A program made the translations under genes and the position numbers. Of a DNA stretch of 64,000 bases, positions 46,474 to 59,737 are shown one piece after another. The stretch is taken from the NCBI GenBank assembly GCA_010093605.1, contig MU004185.1:1943334-2007333 (forward strand), in the 5' to 3' direction. Origin of the DNA: Lophium mytilinum. Lineage: Eukaryota. How positions within the stretch are numbered: position 1 is the first letter of the stretch; each line of letters starts with the position of its first letter. Below the pieces are notes generated by a model. The model made no database searches. It saw only the letters and a list, made by a program, of their open reading frames with translations, and had not been told where the DNA came from.

Positions 46474-47773
46474 ATGCCGTTCTCCCCGCTTGCCCAGCTC
46501 CGCGGGTTGGTCCTTCTCCTCCCATGGACCGCGTATCTCCTTGGCGCCGACGTCGCGCTCTCGCTGCTTCTGCCTCTCAAACTACTCTTCCCCACCCTCG
46601 TGTTTAACGCGTCCTCTCTTATCGCAAACAGCGTGTGGGCGTGGGTCCAAAGAATCTTCGTCACCTGGAATCATGCCAGCATTATCGTTTCTTCGAACCA
46701 AAGGCTACCGAAAGGGGAGTCGGCGATTGTGGTCGCGAATCACGTGTCCTGGACCGATTTCTACCTGATCCAGGAGGTCGCGCAACGGTCGGGGATGCTG
46801 GGGCGGTGTCGGTGGTTTGCGAAGAACAGTCTACGGTGGGTGCCGTTTCTGGGTTGGGGCTTGTGGGCAATGGGGATGCCGCTTGTATCCAGGAACTGGA
46901 CAAGGGATGAGCGGGAGTTGGAGAAGGTATTTAGAGGAGTGGTACAGAAGAAGTGGCCTGTTTGTGAGTATCTTCATCGATTTTGTTATGTTTCTCATCT
47001 TTCTAGTTTCGTTCAGTGTTCTTTACCATATTTTATAAACTCATACAGTGACAAGCCATAAGTCTGGGCACACCGGTTCGCCACTGCTTGGGTACCCTGA
47101 CAGGATCACGAAGATTCAAGGGCGATGTCGAGTTCTCAGCAGTGTATTCTAAACTGCCTCTAACTGATTGGCTGCTCAGTAGACACGCTAGCTCTTACAG
47201 CGGTGTCAAGTGAGCAACATTGGAGCCAAGCAGTGATATATTCGTGTGTCCAGATTTATGGTCCAATACTGTATATAATCTTCAATATCTTGAGTCATTA
47301 AAAAGCACCCAACTTCATCCTCTCTAACAACCTCAGGGCTCATTTCCTACAGCGAAGGCACCCGCCTCACCCCCTCCAAACACCTCTCCAGCACCCAGTG
47401 GAGCCGCGACCACGACCGCCCCATCATGAAGCACGTTCTCTACCCCCGCATGCACGGCTTCGTCGCAACCGTCAACGCTTTGCGGCACACCAAGCACGTG
47501 CGCGCCGTCTACGACATGACTATCGCCTACGCCCACGGCCAGAACTTCATGCAAGCGCCCTCTTTCTGGGACACCTTTACGACCGACTTCTTAAAAAGCG
47601 AGTACAAATTCTACGTGCACGTGGATCGTTATCCAATGACCGAGCTGCCGAAGACCACGGAGGGGCTGAGTCAGTGGCTGGAGACGAGGTGGGTAAAGAA
47701 GGGCGATAGATTAGAGGCGCTAAAAGGGAAGTTGGAAAGAGGAGAGGAGTGGGTGGCTGAAGAGATCGAATAG
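46474..47773 (+). CDS. Lysophospholipid (PlsC-family) acyltransferase
   Basis: NHVSWTD, FAKNSLRWVPFLGWG, YSEGTR, HVLYPR, VYDMTIAY; one long intron (~46964-47336). Confidence 0.92.
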
Positions 47774-47790
47774 GTACCTGTGATGGGGAA

Positions 47791-48285
47791 GGCACTAATT
47801 CACAAACCCTAGAATTTGACATTCACGGTACCATCATTTTCAAACGCTTAGAGGTGTCTCATACTATCTATCTATAAGTGATGGTCAAGGTTTCAATTCG
47901 TAGTCTCTAGGATTTAACATTCATGGTCTCAACATGTTCAAACCTTCGGGGGTGTTTCACGCTATTTCATGTGTAGTCAAAAGCAATGTCCGACTACGCA
48001 GATTCCGATCTGTGTGCAAGTGGCAAAGGCAATGAATGTATCGTCTCTGGATTTTACATTTATTATAATTAAAGCTTTCGCGGTGTCCCACACTCTATAT
48101 CCGTAAGTGATATTCTTGATTCCAACTTTCAGCTTTCAGAATTCAATATTCACCGTTTTATCATGTTTGAAAGTGCAGGGGTGTCTTACAGCATTGTCGC
48201 CGCGTGCAAAGGCAAAGCTCAAGTACAAAGTACACAGGTTCGGAACCTCTGTATTGGACGGCCCCGGGTATCTCCCGACCGTAAC
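47791..48285 (+). repeat. Repeat family A, locus 2: about four diverged units
   Basis: Degenerate cores (GAATTTGACATTCACGG, GGATTTAACATTCATGG, GAATTCAATATTCACCG) with the same short and long unit tails; ends GCCCCGGGTATCTCCCGACCGTAAC. Confidence 0.8.
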
Positions 48286-49916
48286 ATCTTGTATCTGCCG
48301 TTCATGCTCCTCGTACTGGTCGGGTTGCGCATCCTCTAGAACCTAATCCCAGTGGACTTTGGTTTTGAACGTGAGGAGTGCGAGTCCTTTCCACCTATCG
48401 CCTAAGTCGTGTTTCTTCCTTTGGACGTAAACTTTCATTGTGTCCAAGTAATACCGTCCGACTGGAAATCCGGTATGGAAGTCTTTCGGAATCGCAGATG
48501 GTTTATTTGGAAGGAACTTGTGAGATAATTATAGTCCTATCCACTTCGGTTCCATCTTACTACTACGTTAAGTATCTTTGGCGTACCGTCTGAGCAATAC
48601 TAGGTTGCTTTGTCAAGGGGGTGTCTAATAGATTCTTTTATCGTACGCTTTCATCTATTTAACTTGGTCGTTAAGCATTTCTTGCGCCGCAACATTCCTC
48701 CCCTCATCCATTCTGGTCAGCCGAGTGGAGTGATTTTCGAGCGCAAGCAACGCCGCATCCCCTTGGTTTTCAAGGACAGATAAGTCGATGATTGCTCTGC
48801 GAATATCATCATCCAATTCATTGGATTGCCGGAAGTACCTCGGGTTGAGTATCGTATTTGATTAATCTACCTGGCACGTAAGCGACAAACTCTACCGCGA
48901 TGTCTCTAGCAGTAGAGACAAGTGGTCTAGTAACTATCCATGACGAAATCAAAAGGTGCCAAGTCTGGAGACTGATCCCCAGCTGGATGTCGGTATTGTA
49001 CAGGCCGACGAGGATGAAGGGGGGAGCTATCAAATGGTATATGTCAGCCAAAATCACACTATTGGTAAAGATATAACACATTAGTAGCTGCACATCGCCA
49101 GACAGGTAGACTAATACACGATTCAATCATAGACCAGTCTACATACCAGCTGGCTGCGGCGGCGGCTGGCGGCGGCGTTCTGCACGGCGTCGTTTGATAC
49201 GTCTGTATCTCCGCTTCCCGCGTTGCTTTCCACGCTGGTTTTGGAAATGTTGACCAAGTCCACGCCTACGTTCAGGTCTTCTGCAGGAGTGTCGTCACGA
49301 TATGGCTGGACATATCCCAGCTGCCGTCCCTTCTTAAGGGCGAGCGCGCGGGTGCCAAATTTTGAAAATGGTACGCTGCTGTCCGCGGTCGGGAGCAACG
49401 GAAAGAACGATGGGACGCAGTGTATAACAACTGGCGAGCCATGGTTGCCACGGGGGAGTATGCCAACTTCACACGCATGGTGCTCGGGGAGGAGATGAGA
49501 TTACGGGACCAGGAGTACCGGAATATGCTCGGCCGCAATGCATTTTCGAAAATGTCGAAGCAGCGCTTCTGTTTCAAGTGGGACCAGAAGACCGACGAGG
49601 AAAAGGGCAACGACATTGACCTCGGCACGGAGATCGACAGGATTATGAACGCAAGACCATCGTCGACGCTTTTAACAGTGAACAGGCACGGCTATTAGCA
49701 GAGCGATACGTCGGGCTGCGCCACTCCACCCGGAACCTGGGACACGGCTATCGGAAATACAAGACCCAGAGTGAAGGTTTAAAAGCCGCTTTGTACGCAA
49801 AACGCCTCAATCACCCCAAAAACGGGAACCACTAGAAGACCCGGAAACCGCCCCCTACCTATTAAGTCGGTTACGTGTCCTTTTAGGGGCGTCTTGGGCG
49901 TTGTTGCGTACGCGGG

Positions 49917-50087
49917 AAGCTGGTTGATGGCGTTTGGGAAGAACAGTCCGCCGCCGTCTAGATTGCCCGTCCGTACAACGTGGAGTGTATTGTTCTTGAT
50001 CACACTCCAGAATATATCAAACGTGATAATCATAAAGGATATCATCAACAGCGCGATTACTGAGTAAATGGGACCTAAATTGGACAT
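49917..50087 (-). pseudogene. Fragment of a CSC1/OSCA (DUF221, RSN1_7TM) channel gene
   Basis: GPIYSVIALLMISFMIITFDIFWSVIKNNTLHV...DGGGLFFPNAINQL follows the family pattern GLIYSVIAPL...FW..Y.YN.LYV...DTGGL.FP.AINQL; no other part of the gene is nearby. Confidence 0.65.
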
Positions 50088-50372
50088 GAGGACTTACGGG
50101 TTCGTCTCATCGTCGATCGTATATAAGAAGTCTCCGCCTTTAACAGACGAAGAGAAGTATATCTCAGGACTCTCCGATTCATTCTAAGGCGCTGCACACC
50201 CAGCGAGTTCCCAATCAGAAACCCGCCGGGGCCCTTGAAGCCGTTGGTGAGGCGACAGATCGTCTAGGATGCGCAAAAGACAGCTTCTGGAACCCGAATG
50301 AGCCAGTGACATAATTCGAGTTTGTCAAGGAGATTGAGACGGACTTGAGAAGGCTTGGGCCTCAAAATGTTT

Positions 50373-50603
50373 TCAGTTTATGCAGTCTCGACGGTTACCG
50401 TTTCCGTGGTACTTCGTAATAATCGCAACTGCCTCGTCGGTGCGGCCCTGGGAGACCAAACTATCGAGACTCTCCGGAATGCACCATATGGGCGTCATGC
50501 CGAGACACGGGATGACAGCCTGCAAGATTGACGGAATCTGCCACGCCCAGGTGGCTAAGAATAGGGGTACTTCTGGTGGTAAGAGTGGCCAGAACGTGGT
50601 GTT
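50373..50603 (-). pseudogene. Fragment of a sugar porter (lactose/cellodextrin permease-like)
   Basis: NTTFW...TWAWQIPSILQAV...IWCIPESLDSLVSQGRTDEAVAIITKYHGNG matches the WxWRIPSxLQ / PESPRWL / KYHGNG motifs, with PESPRW degraded. Confidence 0.8.
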
Positions 50604-50955
50604 ACGGTCGGGAGATACCTGGGGGCGAATAATCTGAATATGAGTACCTAAACTATGCCTTTGCATACGTCGAAAACACTTTGAGACGCCTCTACGCAGT
50701 CAAACTTGATAAAATTGTGAATGTCAAGTTCCAGAGGCTTTAGATTGAATAGATTTATTTCAGCGCGTTTTACACGGTGCATACTACCGTTTGAGGTCCC
50801 CTAAAACGTCGAAAAAATCCAGTACACGATATCAAATATTAGAGGCTTCAGATCAGTGCCTTGAACCTTACTTACAGATGAATAGTGTGAGACGCCCCTA
50901 CGCCTTTCAACTTGATGAAGCCGTGAATGTCAAGTTCCGGAGGCTTCATATCAAC
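50601..50955 (-). repeat. Repeat family A, locus 3: about three units, inverted relative to loci 1 and 2
   Basis: Reverse complement has GAAGCCTCCGGAACTTGACATTCACGGCTTCATCAAGTTGAAAGGCGTAGGGGCGTCTCAC and ends GCCCCCAGGTATCTCCCGACCGTAAC at 50601. Confidence 0.9.
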
Positions 50956-53900
50956 GCTTCAGCTCCAAGTACTGCCGAGTGTCAGTACCACTGACCGATA
51001 ACGTAGCAAATCACACTCACTGTTCGATAGAGCTCATCATCAAGCGCCGTCACACCACCGCCACCCTCTCTCCTCCTTGCTGATGGCGAGTAACACATGT
51101 TGATCACCACCAACAGTCCGAAACTCCATGGCAGCAGCAGTCTGTTGGCCCGCAAGACCGCCACACTCCTCCCTCCCAGCACCATGCCTCTGTGTAGTTG
51201 GCTCTTTTTGCTGGACCATGAAAACAACATGTTCGTCGAATTGATCCAAACCCCTTCCAACTCCCTGCAGGACTTGACGGTGCAAAGACGAGGAACGTTT
51301 TATAGGAGAAAATGAGAAAGCAGCGGTGGATTAATCAGCAACACGTGAGCTATCACGAGGTTCTTCAACCTAGGATAGCCAGGGAGGGGTTTGATCGAAC
51401 GGTGACGAGACGAGCGGTGACGAGACAGTTTGAAATTGAGAGCATCCGACGAAAAATTGCTCATATCCAGCGTAAATCACGCATTACCAGACATCCTCTA
51501 GATAGCACCATATCAGAACAAATCACGAACCCGCCAACCATCTCCGCCGTATCGACTTAAGACTTCACACAACCTAAATTCGACATACACCGATAATTCT
51601 GAGACACATATCTGAGACAAACCACTCGATATGAGAACGAGCTACGGTACTAGGTCATAAGTCTTGGGCACACGGATATCAATGCTTGAGTGCCGCTTTT
51701 GCAAGTTGGATGCCACTGTCAGGGGCAGCCCCATTGCGAGGATACCTCCTAGTCAATAGGAAGCACAGATTACACTATCCAAATTTTGACATGACGACTC
51801 CATTGTGGTCACCCCACGGGGGCACCCCTAGGATTGGCAAACGAGTGTGTACAGATTTGTGGGCAGCCTCTGTATATTGCAGATATGGTGTCTCATTTTG
51901 CTGCTTATTCTGAAATCTGGTTCCCAGTCGGCACGCGCGGGGTTTAGTCCGCAGACTGAGCAGTTTCCCTAGGAAGGGATAGTTGACGGGAGGGGTAGTT
52001 CAATGGAGGAAGCTAATTTGATAGCGAAGGCGGTGGGGTAGTCCGTGATAAGGCGTGACGAGTGAGCAAGTTCAGCTTCAAAGATTGCGAATGGCTCGAT
52101 TAGCGATGATAGTTCCAGGAACATGGTAGCGATGGCAACGGACGTTTCCCGTAACGGCGTCAAGTAGAGAGGGGTGAGCAGTTTCCAAAGGTTAGCACGG
52201 TTCAGTTGTAGATGATGTCTTGGTAGCGAGTTCGCCGGACGTGTCGTCAAACGTCAGAGTGGGAGTGCGGGGAAGATGAGAACGTTGAAGTGGGATGTTT
52301 CGGATGTCTGGCGGTGCAGTAGCCGTACCAGAGTTGACGGACGGGTTTTACTACTAGGTAAGTACGACAACAGACTAATGATATCATACTACAGTAAGTT
52401 TAGTGTATCACTGGAGTAGAGGGAGAACTCGCTTATCGATGTCCTTGCTCCTGAGCACCGTGATGAACGATGCGGGTGAGCATGGTGGAACTGCTTGTAA
52501 TACCAGCGTCCTATACGGTGGCTCACAAAAATGCCTCGTGGCCCTAGCGCGAGTCTCGAGATAAGGCAATCGAGGAAAATGGTACATCGGACGGGTGTCT
52601 AGAACTTGGCAACGGGCAGTCCCGCGGGTTAGGACGCTTAGTTAGAACTAGTAAACCCTTTTGTTGCATTTAAAGGTGCGCGCGTTGTGGGAATCCTAGC
52701 TGAACCATGGTTGCAACCCAACTAGGTTGAAGCAATTGTGGACTTGCAATCGCGCCATCCTAGGAACTCGTTCCAGGGAACTTAGCACCTCTTACCATGA
52801 TCTCAGTTGAATGTTATCTCGACAACAAAGACTCGGGATCCGCCAGGCCGACTCGCAAGATTTTGACGTCAAAAATCCGCTCTTTTGCTGCAATCAGGAA
52901 GAGTGAACTCTAAAACTAAGGATAGAAGCAAAGACGTTTCTAGCGCAAGCAAGCCGTGGCGGATTGCCCTTTGTAAGCACGTGGCAGTCGTTGGTGGGAT
53001 AGATAACGAGTGTGGATCCAAGGGTTCAAAAATAGGGTTCTTTGTTCGCGGTGATATCAGTGGCTTGATGAGCGACATTTCGCCTTTGGTGTTGTAATTA
53101 CCGGAGAGAAAGGTGACCCAGAATTGGGGAGTTCCATGGCGTGCTGTCGTAGTTGGTGGTAAGTCTAGAGCCTTAAATTCCTCACGCCCTTATATGCTAG
53201 CAAATCGACGATCGCGTTCTTCGAGAGTCGTAGCCATGGCTGCGAGAGCAGGCCAATTGGCTTGATGATCCTGCTGTGAAACCTTTGAAGGATAAAGTCC
53301 AAGAAGTCTGTTACATAAAAGAGAAGAAGTACGGAGTAGTCTCCGCCGCATGTAGAAAGAAAATAAAACGTGTGACACAGCGAGAAACCCTCTTAGCCTG
53401 AGCTGTGGTGATGGTGGACCCTTCAGCCCAACGGCCATCCTCGTACGGCGTTGAAAGGGGATGTGCTTTGTCCGGCTTTCCACGAAAGGCAATATTCCGT
53501 ATGACGCTGTGCTATGCAATAATGTGCGATGATCCTCGATGTTCAAAGCAATACTTCGCAGGTTCTCTGTCGATCTCGATGTCTTGCAGTCGGACCATGT
53601 TGGAGGTTTGAGGAGACAGTGACCTTCACATGGTAGAACTAGAGGTCAAAGCGGGGTCTACGAGCGCCATGCCGCAGATTGATGTCAAGGAGCCGAATAA
53701 GGCAGGAACTAGGATCATCTGCGAGCGCGGGATATGGCATTGATATGGAAGAAAGAACAGCAAACGAGGAGGGGTTGGTACGAGGGGTGAATGTGTTGCT
53801 GGGGTGGAGTGGCTCACACTATCAATCTGAACATCCTGCGCGACATACGTGCATGCATCGCGGAAGGGTTGGGACCCATGTCTCCGGCGGGCTGGACACC

Positions 53901-56900
53901 CTGGTATCTGATTGGGTTTTGAGATGCTGCCAACGAATATACAAAGCAGGTTCAGTGAAGTGAGGCAGGGAATAACGACGCGTAAGTTCGGTGTAAGACA
54001 GCCTCAAGCGGGTACAGAATTAGCAGCAGGGCCGGCCGGTCCAACGCCCCTCGAGGGTCTTCTCTAAAAGAACAGAGCCTGCGAGCTTGGACCGATGGCG
54101 CAAAAGAGGCTTGCGTCTCTCCCTGGTAGCTGGCCATGGCAAAAGGCCGGCATCTGATGCCACCTCGCTCGAAACGGGCCCTTTGTGTGATCATTTTCTG
54201 GTTTTCCAAGCCCATTTCTGCTTAGGCGTCTGGCAGCAATGAGAATGAGTGGAGAGCGTGCGCCTTCTTGGGTAGAAAGCGTGTTCCGGACTCGCCTGGC
54301 AACGTCTTGTACACGCAATAGACTGGAAGCTCCGGGCCACTGTCTGGGGATGCAGCAGAAACTGTAAATGTCGTGACGGCGGCAGGATACGAGGTTTTGC
54401 GGCTTACTACAACGGGACAATCGCATGGTCGCTCTCACAGTCCGCAAACTCTATCGATGGTGGCACCGCGGCGGCCACGTTGGATCGGGAGATTCAGGAG
54501 CTCGGAAGGTAACGGAAGAATTTGCGGCGCAAATAGCAGATCCATACCCAAGGACCTCGGACGGAAGCAAGGGAGAGGCGTGGCAGCGGGCCGGAGAAGC
54601 TACTCCAGCATCGTTGTCGCGATGCAAATGCCAACTCGTAAGCCTGGCGGGGAAGTGGGAAACCATCGCGCGGCGGCCAGGCTCGGTACACCAGCAGCCA
54701 GCCCTGCGAGAGTCGGTGAGGGCTCAGTAGGCCAATTGGGGCAAACCCTTTGTCACACCAGCCTCAATGGCGGGATTGGACGGTTTCGGCTGCAGTGTCG
54801 TTGCGAGAGCCCCCACTGCGCTGCAAGCCACGCACACTTTAAAGTCTGGAGGGCAGCATGGGGTATGCTGAGCCGTTGAGGCGCCTGCTTGCGGTAAGAG
54901 CTGCAAGCAAAGCAAAGCAAACGACACACGTCTTATCGTGTCGAGCCCCCTCGCCGCGAAGCCTACACAGGCAAGCCGGCAGGTTCCAGCAACACCAACG
55001 GCTGAGACGCGTTGGTCAAAGTTGGTCATGGTTGCAGGCCCGTCAGGGAGGGATGGAGGAGTGGTTCCCCGCCAGCGACGCGCCAAGGGCTCATGGCAGC
55101 TGCATGCTGCAACACCAACGCCTCCTCCGGCAGCCGGTTGCGGAGCTAGGCTATCGCCAACCTCGTTGCTTGTCGGAGCGCCCTTGTGGTGGCCTCTTGG
55201 TGGTCTCCTGGAAGAGCCGCTGTGCAACGGCATGCGTGTGGCGACGTGGATATGCCCGACATAATGCCTAAGCTGCCCAGCCGACCGAGTGCCAGGCCTC
55301 CAGTGCATCCTTTGCCTGGACATGGCCACGAACGGTCCACGCGGTCTGCACCCTCAGTAGTAGTGCTGATGCCTGTGCCGGACAGTCGTCTAAACATCGG
55401 ATATGAAATCGTTCGGCAAACCGCCACGCCTACTCAGGTAGCCAAGACAGCACCGTCAGGCGAAGCTGAGCACGTAGTTGCATTGTGGATCCAAAGAAAG
55501 GACGCTGACTTGCCTGACTTTGTATGAGCTAGAGGGGAGGCGTGGAGTAGCGCTGCTGGGCTTGGAGATGCGGATGTTATCATGGTGTTTTGCTGCAAGT
55601 GCATCAACACAGACGGGGATGTCGTCGCCCACAGCAGGGAACACAGGGTGATAACAGGATATCCATGGGCGGCAGCGAGTGCGGCGAGAGCCTATTTGCG
55701 TAGCGCTGTCTGGTGTGGAGTCCGATGCGGGCGGGTGAAGGGTGCTGAATCCTTCTGCTATGCTCGCCTGGGGAGTTCCTGAGTGTCCAGGCGGCCTCAA
55801 TCGCCTCAATCGGCTCAATCGGGCGTGTTAGGGAAGAGGCAGGCTCCAAATAGAATGGCCCTACGGGTAGTGGTGGTGTAGTGGTGGTGTAGTGCTGTTC
55901 CCTTGGTCCAAGTCCCTGCTGGAGCGGAACGGGAGCATGGTGTTGAGTCGTCAGAGGGAGGGCTGGCGGGTGGATGCAGGCGAGGCCAGGCCGATCAGCC
56001 GTGTGTGGCATGGCAGGCGGCGGCTTATCGGGAGTCCTATCTGGTGAATTGCAAGGCCATGCAGATGTGCGACCGGGGGGCCCATGGCGAGGGCGTTTTG
56101 GAGTGTGTTGCCATGATCTGAAGCCATGGCCGGCATCGTCTTGAAGCACACGAAAACGGACGGGAGTACCGTGGGAGCGCGGCATGGTTTCCGGCATGGA
56201 TTGGGGCGAATCCGCAGCCGGAACGCGGCAGGGACTCTTCCAACGCTCAAACCCACCGCCGCGGGACCGCCCTGTGATTTGGTCGATGCTGGAAAGCGGC
56301 ACTCTTCGCCGTCGATGCACACAGGCAGGCCGTCAAGCCGTCGTTCAGAGGCCTTGCGAGCGGCGGCTGATCTTCTAGTCGAGACCCGCAGCGCCCGCGC
56401 CTCCTCCACTGTTCTTCTCCTTTCTCCACCTTGCTGCCTCTCGTCCTGTCTGCCACCAGGCCTGCGCCTCGGTGCATTCAAACTCAACGCCGCCTTCCAC
56501 TGGCCCAATTGCGTCTCCCGAGTCCAGCCTTCGCTCCGGCCCTGCAAGGTTACCAGCGTCGCAGCAGTCGCCGTCAAGGCGCGATTGGCAGCCCCGCATC
56601 TCAACTTGCCCGTTGCTCGCGACTCCACCGAAGACTTTCTTCCAGATCGTGCACCAAGCTTTGCGGTCTGAGCGTCATCCTCGTGCTCTATCGCGCCCTT
56701 CTTCCCCACGCCCGCTGCCCTGATCACCCTGCCATCCCTCGACGCCACAAACCTCCGCCGTTTATCCTCCGCCTTCGCCCACATTCCGACACGCCGCACC
56801 ATCACAAATCAACACCACCCCGTCCCTTCGCCTCCCACCCGCCTCCTCCAACACCACCACCACTTCACCATCAGTCTCTTCAGCCACTAAGGAACGCATG

Positions 56901-57001
56901 TGGAGCCTGGTCCAGCCGGCAGTGGGATCTACAGCGGAGGAGGGTACTGGGCCGTCGTCTGGCATTGCACCCTAAACGTCCGCTCGAGCCCTTTCAGCGA
57001 C

Positions 57002-58872
57002 ATGGCAGAAGTACTGCCCGTACACGTCTCGGACGGACAACTGAACAAGTACTCCAATTCGCCTCTCCGCCGCTCCTCGCACTCGCAGACCTCTTTCTTC
57101 CTTGGAAACAACTCGTCGTCGTATTCCTCGTCGCGGCGGTCCAACTTCGGCTCGCTCCCTTCGTCTGCACCCTCGTCGCCTCGAGCATCCTCGACCAATC
57201 TCTCCAGCTACGCCTCCTACCAGTCCACGCCCGCGAGCACCCTGTCGCTGGAGACTAGTCTCGACGAAGAGGAGGATGAGGACGGCGCATTCTCGTTTCC
57301 GGGCTACTCGTCCGCCGCATACAACGACCCGCACAAAGCACTCAACCCGCCCTCCAGCCCGATCAAGATCCACACCGAGATCACTCTCAATTCGGATGAT
57401 GAGGACGACGACGACGACGATGCCATATCGCCAACAACGACGAGTCCCGAGCCATTGCCCAAGAGCGAGGACGACACCGCCATAAAACACGAGCCGTCCC
57501 AGCACGTCGACTATCTATCGCATGACTGGCAAGAGGAAGACATCTGGTCATCTTGGAGGCACATCGTAGGAAAACGAAAAATCTACGGAGAGCGATCGAG
57601 ATTGGAGAATGCTTCTTGGCGGACGTGGGCCAAATCGAAGTACAAGTTACGGACAGTGTCTCCCGAGACCCTCAATTGGTTAGTGAAATCTCTGCTCCTC
57701 TTTTGCGTTTCCATCAGAATCTGCACGACCAACGGATTCGGACGCATACACAATCCCATGGCTTGCATTGGATAAAGCAAACGCTCGCAAGGCTTCCATC
57801 AATTGCTAACAGACCAATCAGGCTCAAAGATTGTGACGTAACGTGGCTCTACGGCCCGCTGCAGACTGCATCAAACCGATCGTACTCCCAGCATGCCTCG
57901 GAGCCTGTCAGCAGGCTATCGAAGAGCAACTCATTCCTCAACAAGAAACCCATCCTCAAGAAGCGTAGCGTGTCTGAAGTGATGCTACAGCGATCCATAT
58001 CGGCATCGTCGCTGGTAAAGCAAGCCGCGGCGGCCGTTCAAGCACAGCAAGAGAACAGCAAATCATCACGAACCCGGCCTATCATGCAGCGGGCTGTATC
58101 GGATTTCGTTACTTCCTCGATACCATCCCGTACAGTCAGTCGAGACACCACTGACTACTCTAATTCCTCCCGTTCGACATCAGGGCTACAGACTCCAGAT
58201 CACGGCGAGCGGAAACATATCCGATTCGACGACAAGGTAGAACAGTGCATTGCAGTAGACCTCAAAGACGGCGAGTACGACGACGATGATGACGAACGAC
58301 AAAACTGGGCCCTCCGTGACGATGATTCCTCGTCTGATGATGGAGTGGTCATGATGAAAAAGTCAAAAAAGAAAAGGCAGCTATCCCGGAGCAACTCGAG
58401 AACCAGTTTCAGCGGCGAAAGCAAAACCATTGCAAAATTACCTTCAACCACACTCAAGTACCGAACCGACTCACCCGACGTGCCCGATCCGCCTCCGACC
58501 CATTCGTTGGGATACTGGCGATCGAGCAGGCTGTCTCCATCCCCCTCCCAAGAAACACTTCGCCCTTCAAACCCGTCTACCAACTTTTTACTTGCCGACG
58601 ACGACGAGGAAGATGACGATATCTCCTGGGAGCCATCAGGAGCCTTCAAGGACGGACAAGACTCCGCAATGGGAAGAAGCGCGCCGGAAACAGAAGCCGA
58701 GAGCGGTGAAGCATCAGTCGGACTACGACGCACAGCATCAGGTATGTTCATGCCTTACGACGAGACGGACGACGAGCCAGTAGCGCCAGGAATAATAGGA
58801 CGAGTGGTAGACACAGTTAATACGGCTCGCGACATTGCACACGTCATCTGGAACGTGGGTTGGAGGAGTTAA
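57002..58872 (+). CDS. reg1: Reg1/Hex2-like PP1 regulatory subunit (DUF1752 domain)
   Basis: HVDYLSHDWQEEDIWSSWR, RLENASWRTW, VSPETLNW/LKDCDVTWLYGP, KPILKKRS and the PP1-docking-like KHIRF..VEQCIA; intron ~57679-57821. Confidence 0.88.
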
Positions 58873-59737
58873 CCGCTAAGAAGGTCTCGGTGTGCATATC
58901 GGTCCCTCGGATCTGGATTTTGAGAGCGGATTTGGGCGGTTGCATTTGCTCGGGTGGCTTTATTCGCTTCACATGCCTTGTTTTTTTACGGCCACGGATG
59001 TGGCATTTTGCAGGCGATGGAGTTCACAGGTTGAATTAGGGCTTCGTCCCACGGGACTCGGAGTGCCATTGCATAAGCATTTACGAGATGCATGGGCTCG
59101 ATATCAACAACAATGCCGGGTAGCTTTTACGCTGGTATATGGTTGATAATAATATACTGCACCCGATTTAGACCATTCAATTTCCATGCGCATGCCTAGT
59201 ACACCGAATAAAGAAGTCTGAATACCTCTTAGGAACATGGATAGGTTTCCAACCCTAATCTACGATCTTGACGCTATTCAGAGGTTTCGCGCATCATGAA
59301 ATATATCTCTATGCAATAAATACTTCCGCAGTCATCATTGGCCAATTAGTCCTAGATAACGCACATTCCAGTCCGATTGATTTGCACAGGGGCATTCCCC
59401 ATGGGTGTGGGTCTCAATATCAAAAGCTGAGCTGTCACATTTCCCAACCAAGTGGGCCAGTGCTGGGTGTGGGTCGTTTGGGAAATCCGCCAAGCCTCGC
59501 GCGCGGTGGTCCCTGAATTGACTTCCGACCTTTCTCCAACGCGTAACGACAAAAACAACTAATAAATCTCCGCGCAAAGCACGCTGTCGCCTGTCAGATC
59601 AAGTCCCCGAGCTCCCGCGACCCCGACTCCCTCGAATCGATACCCAAACCGCGCCTTCGTCTCAATTGGCCTCGAATTGGACCGAGAACCTGCCTCAACC
59701 TCCCCTCCCTGCGCCACGCCGCGAAGTAGAAACAGCC

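Noticed and set aside
51960..53620. Possible transposon remnant
   Set aside because: No reverse transcriptase, integrase or transposase motif and no terminal repeats that I could recognise.
53600..57000. Many overlapping ORFs of 100-280 aa upstream of reg1
   Set aside because: GC-rich, Arg/Pro/Ala-biased, open in several frames with no motifs; more likely a long regulatory or UTR region.
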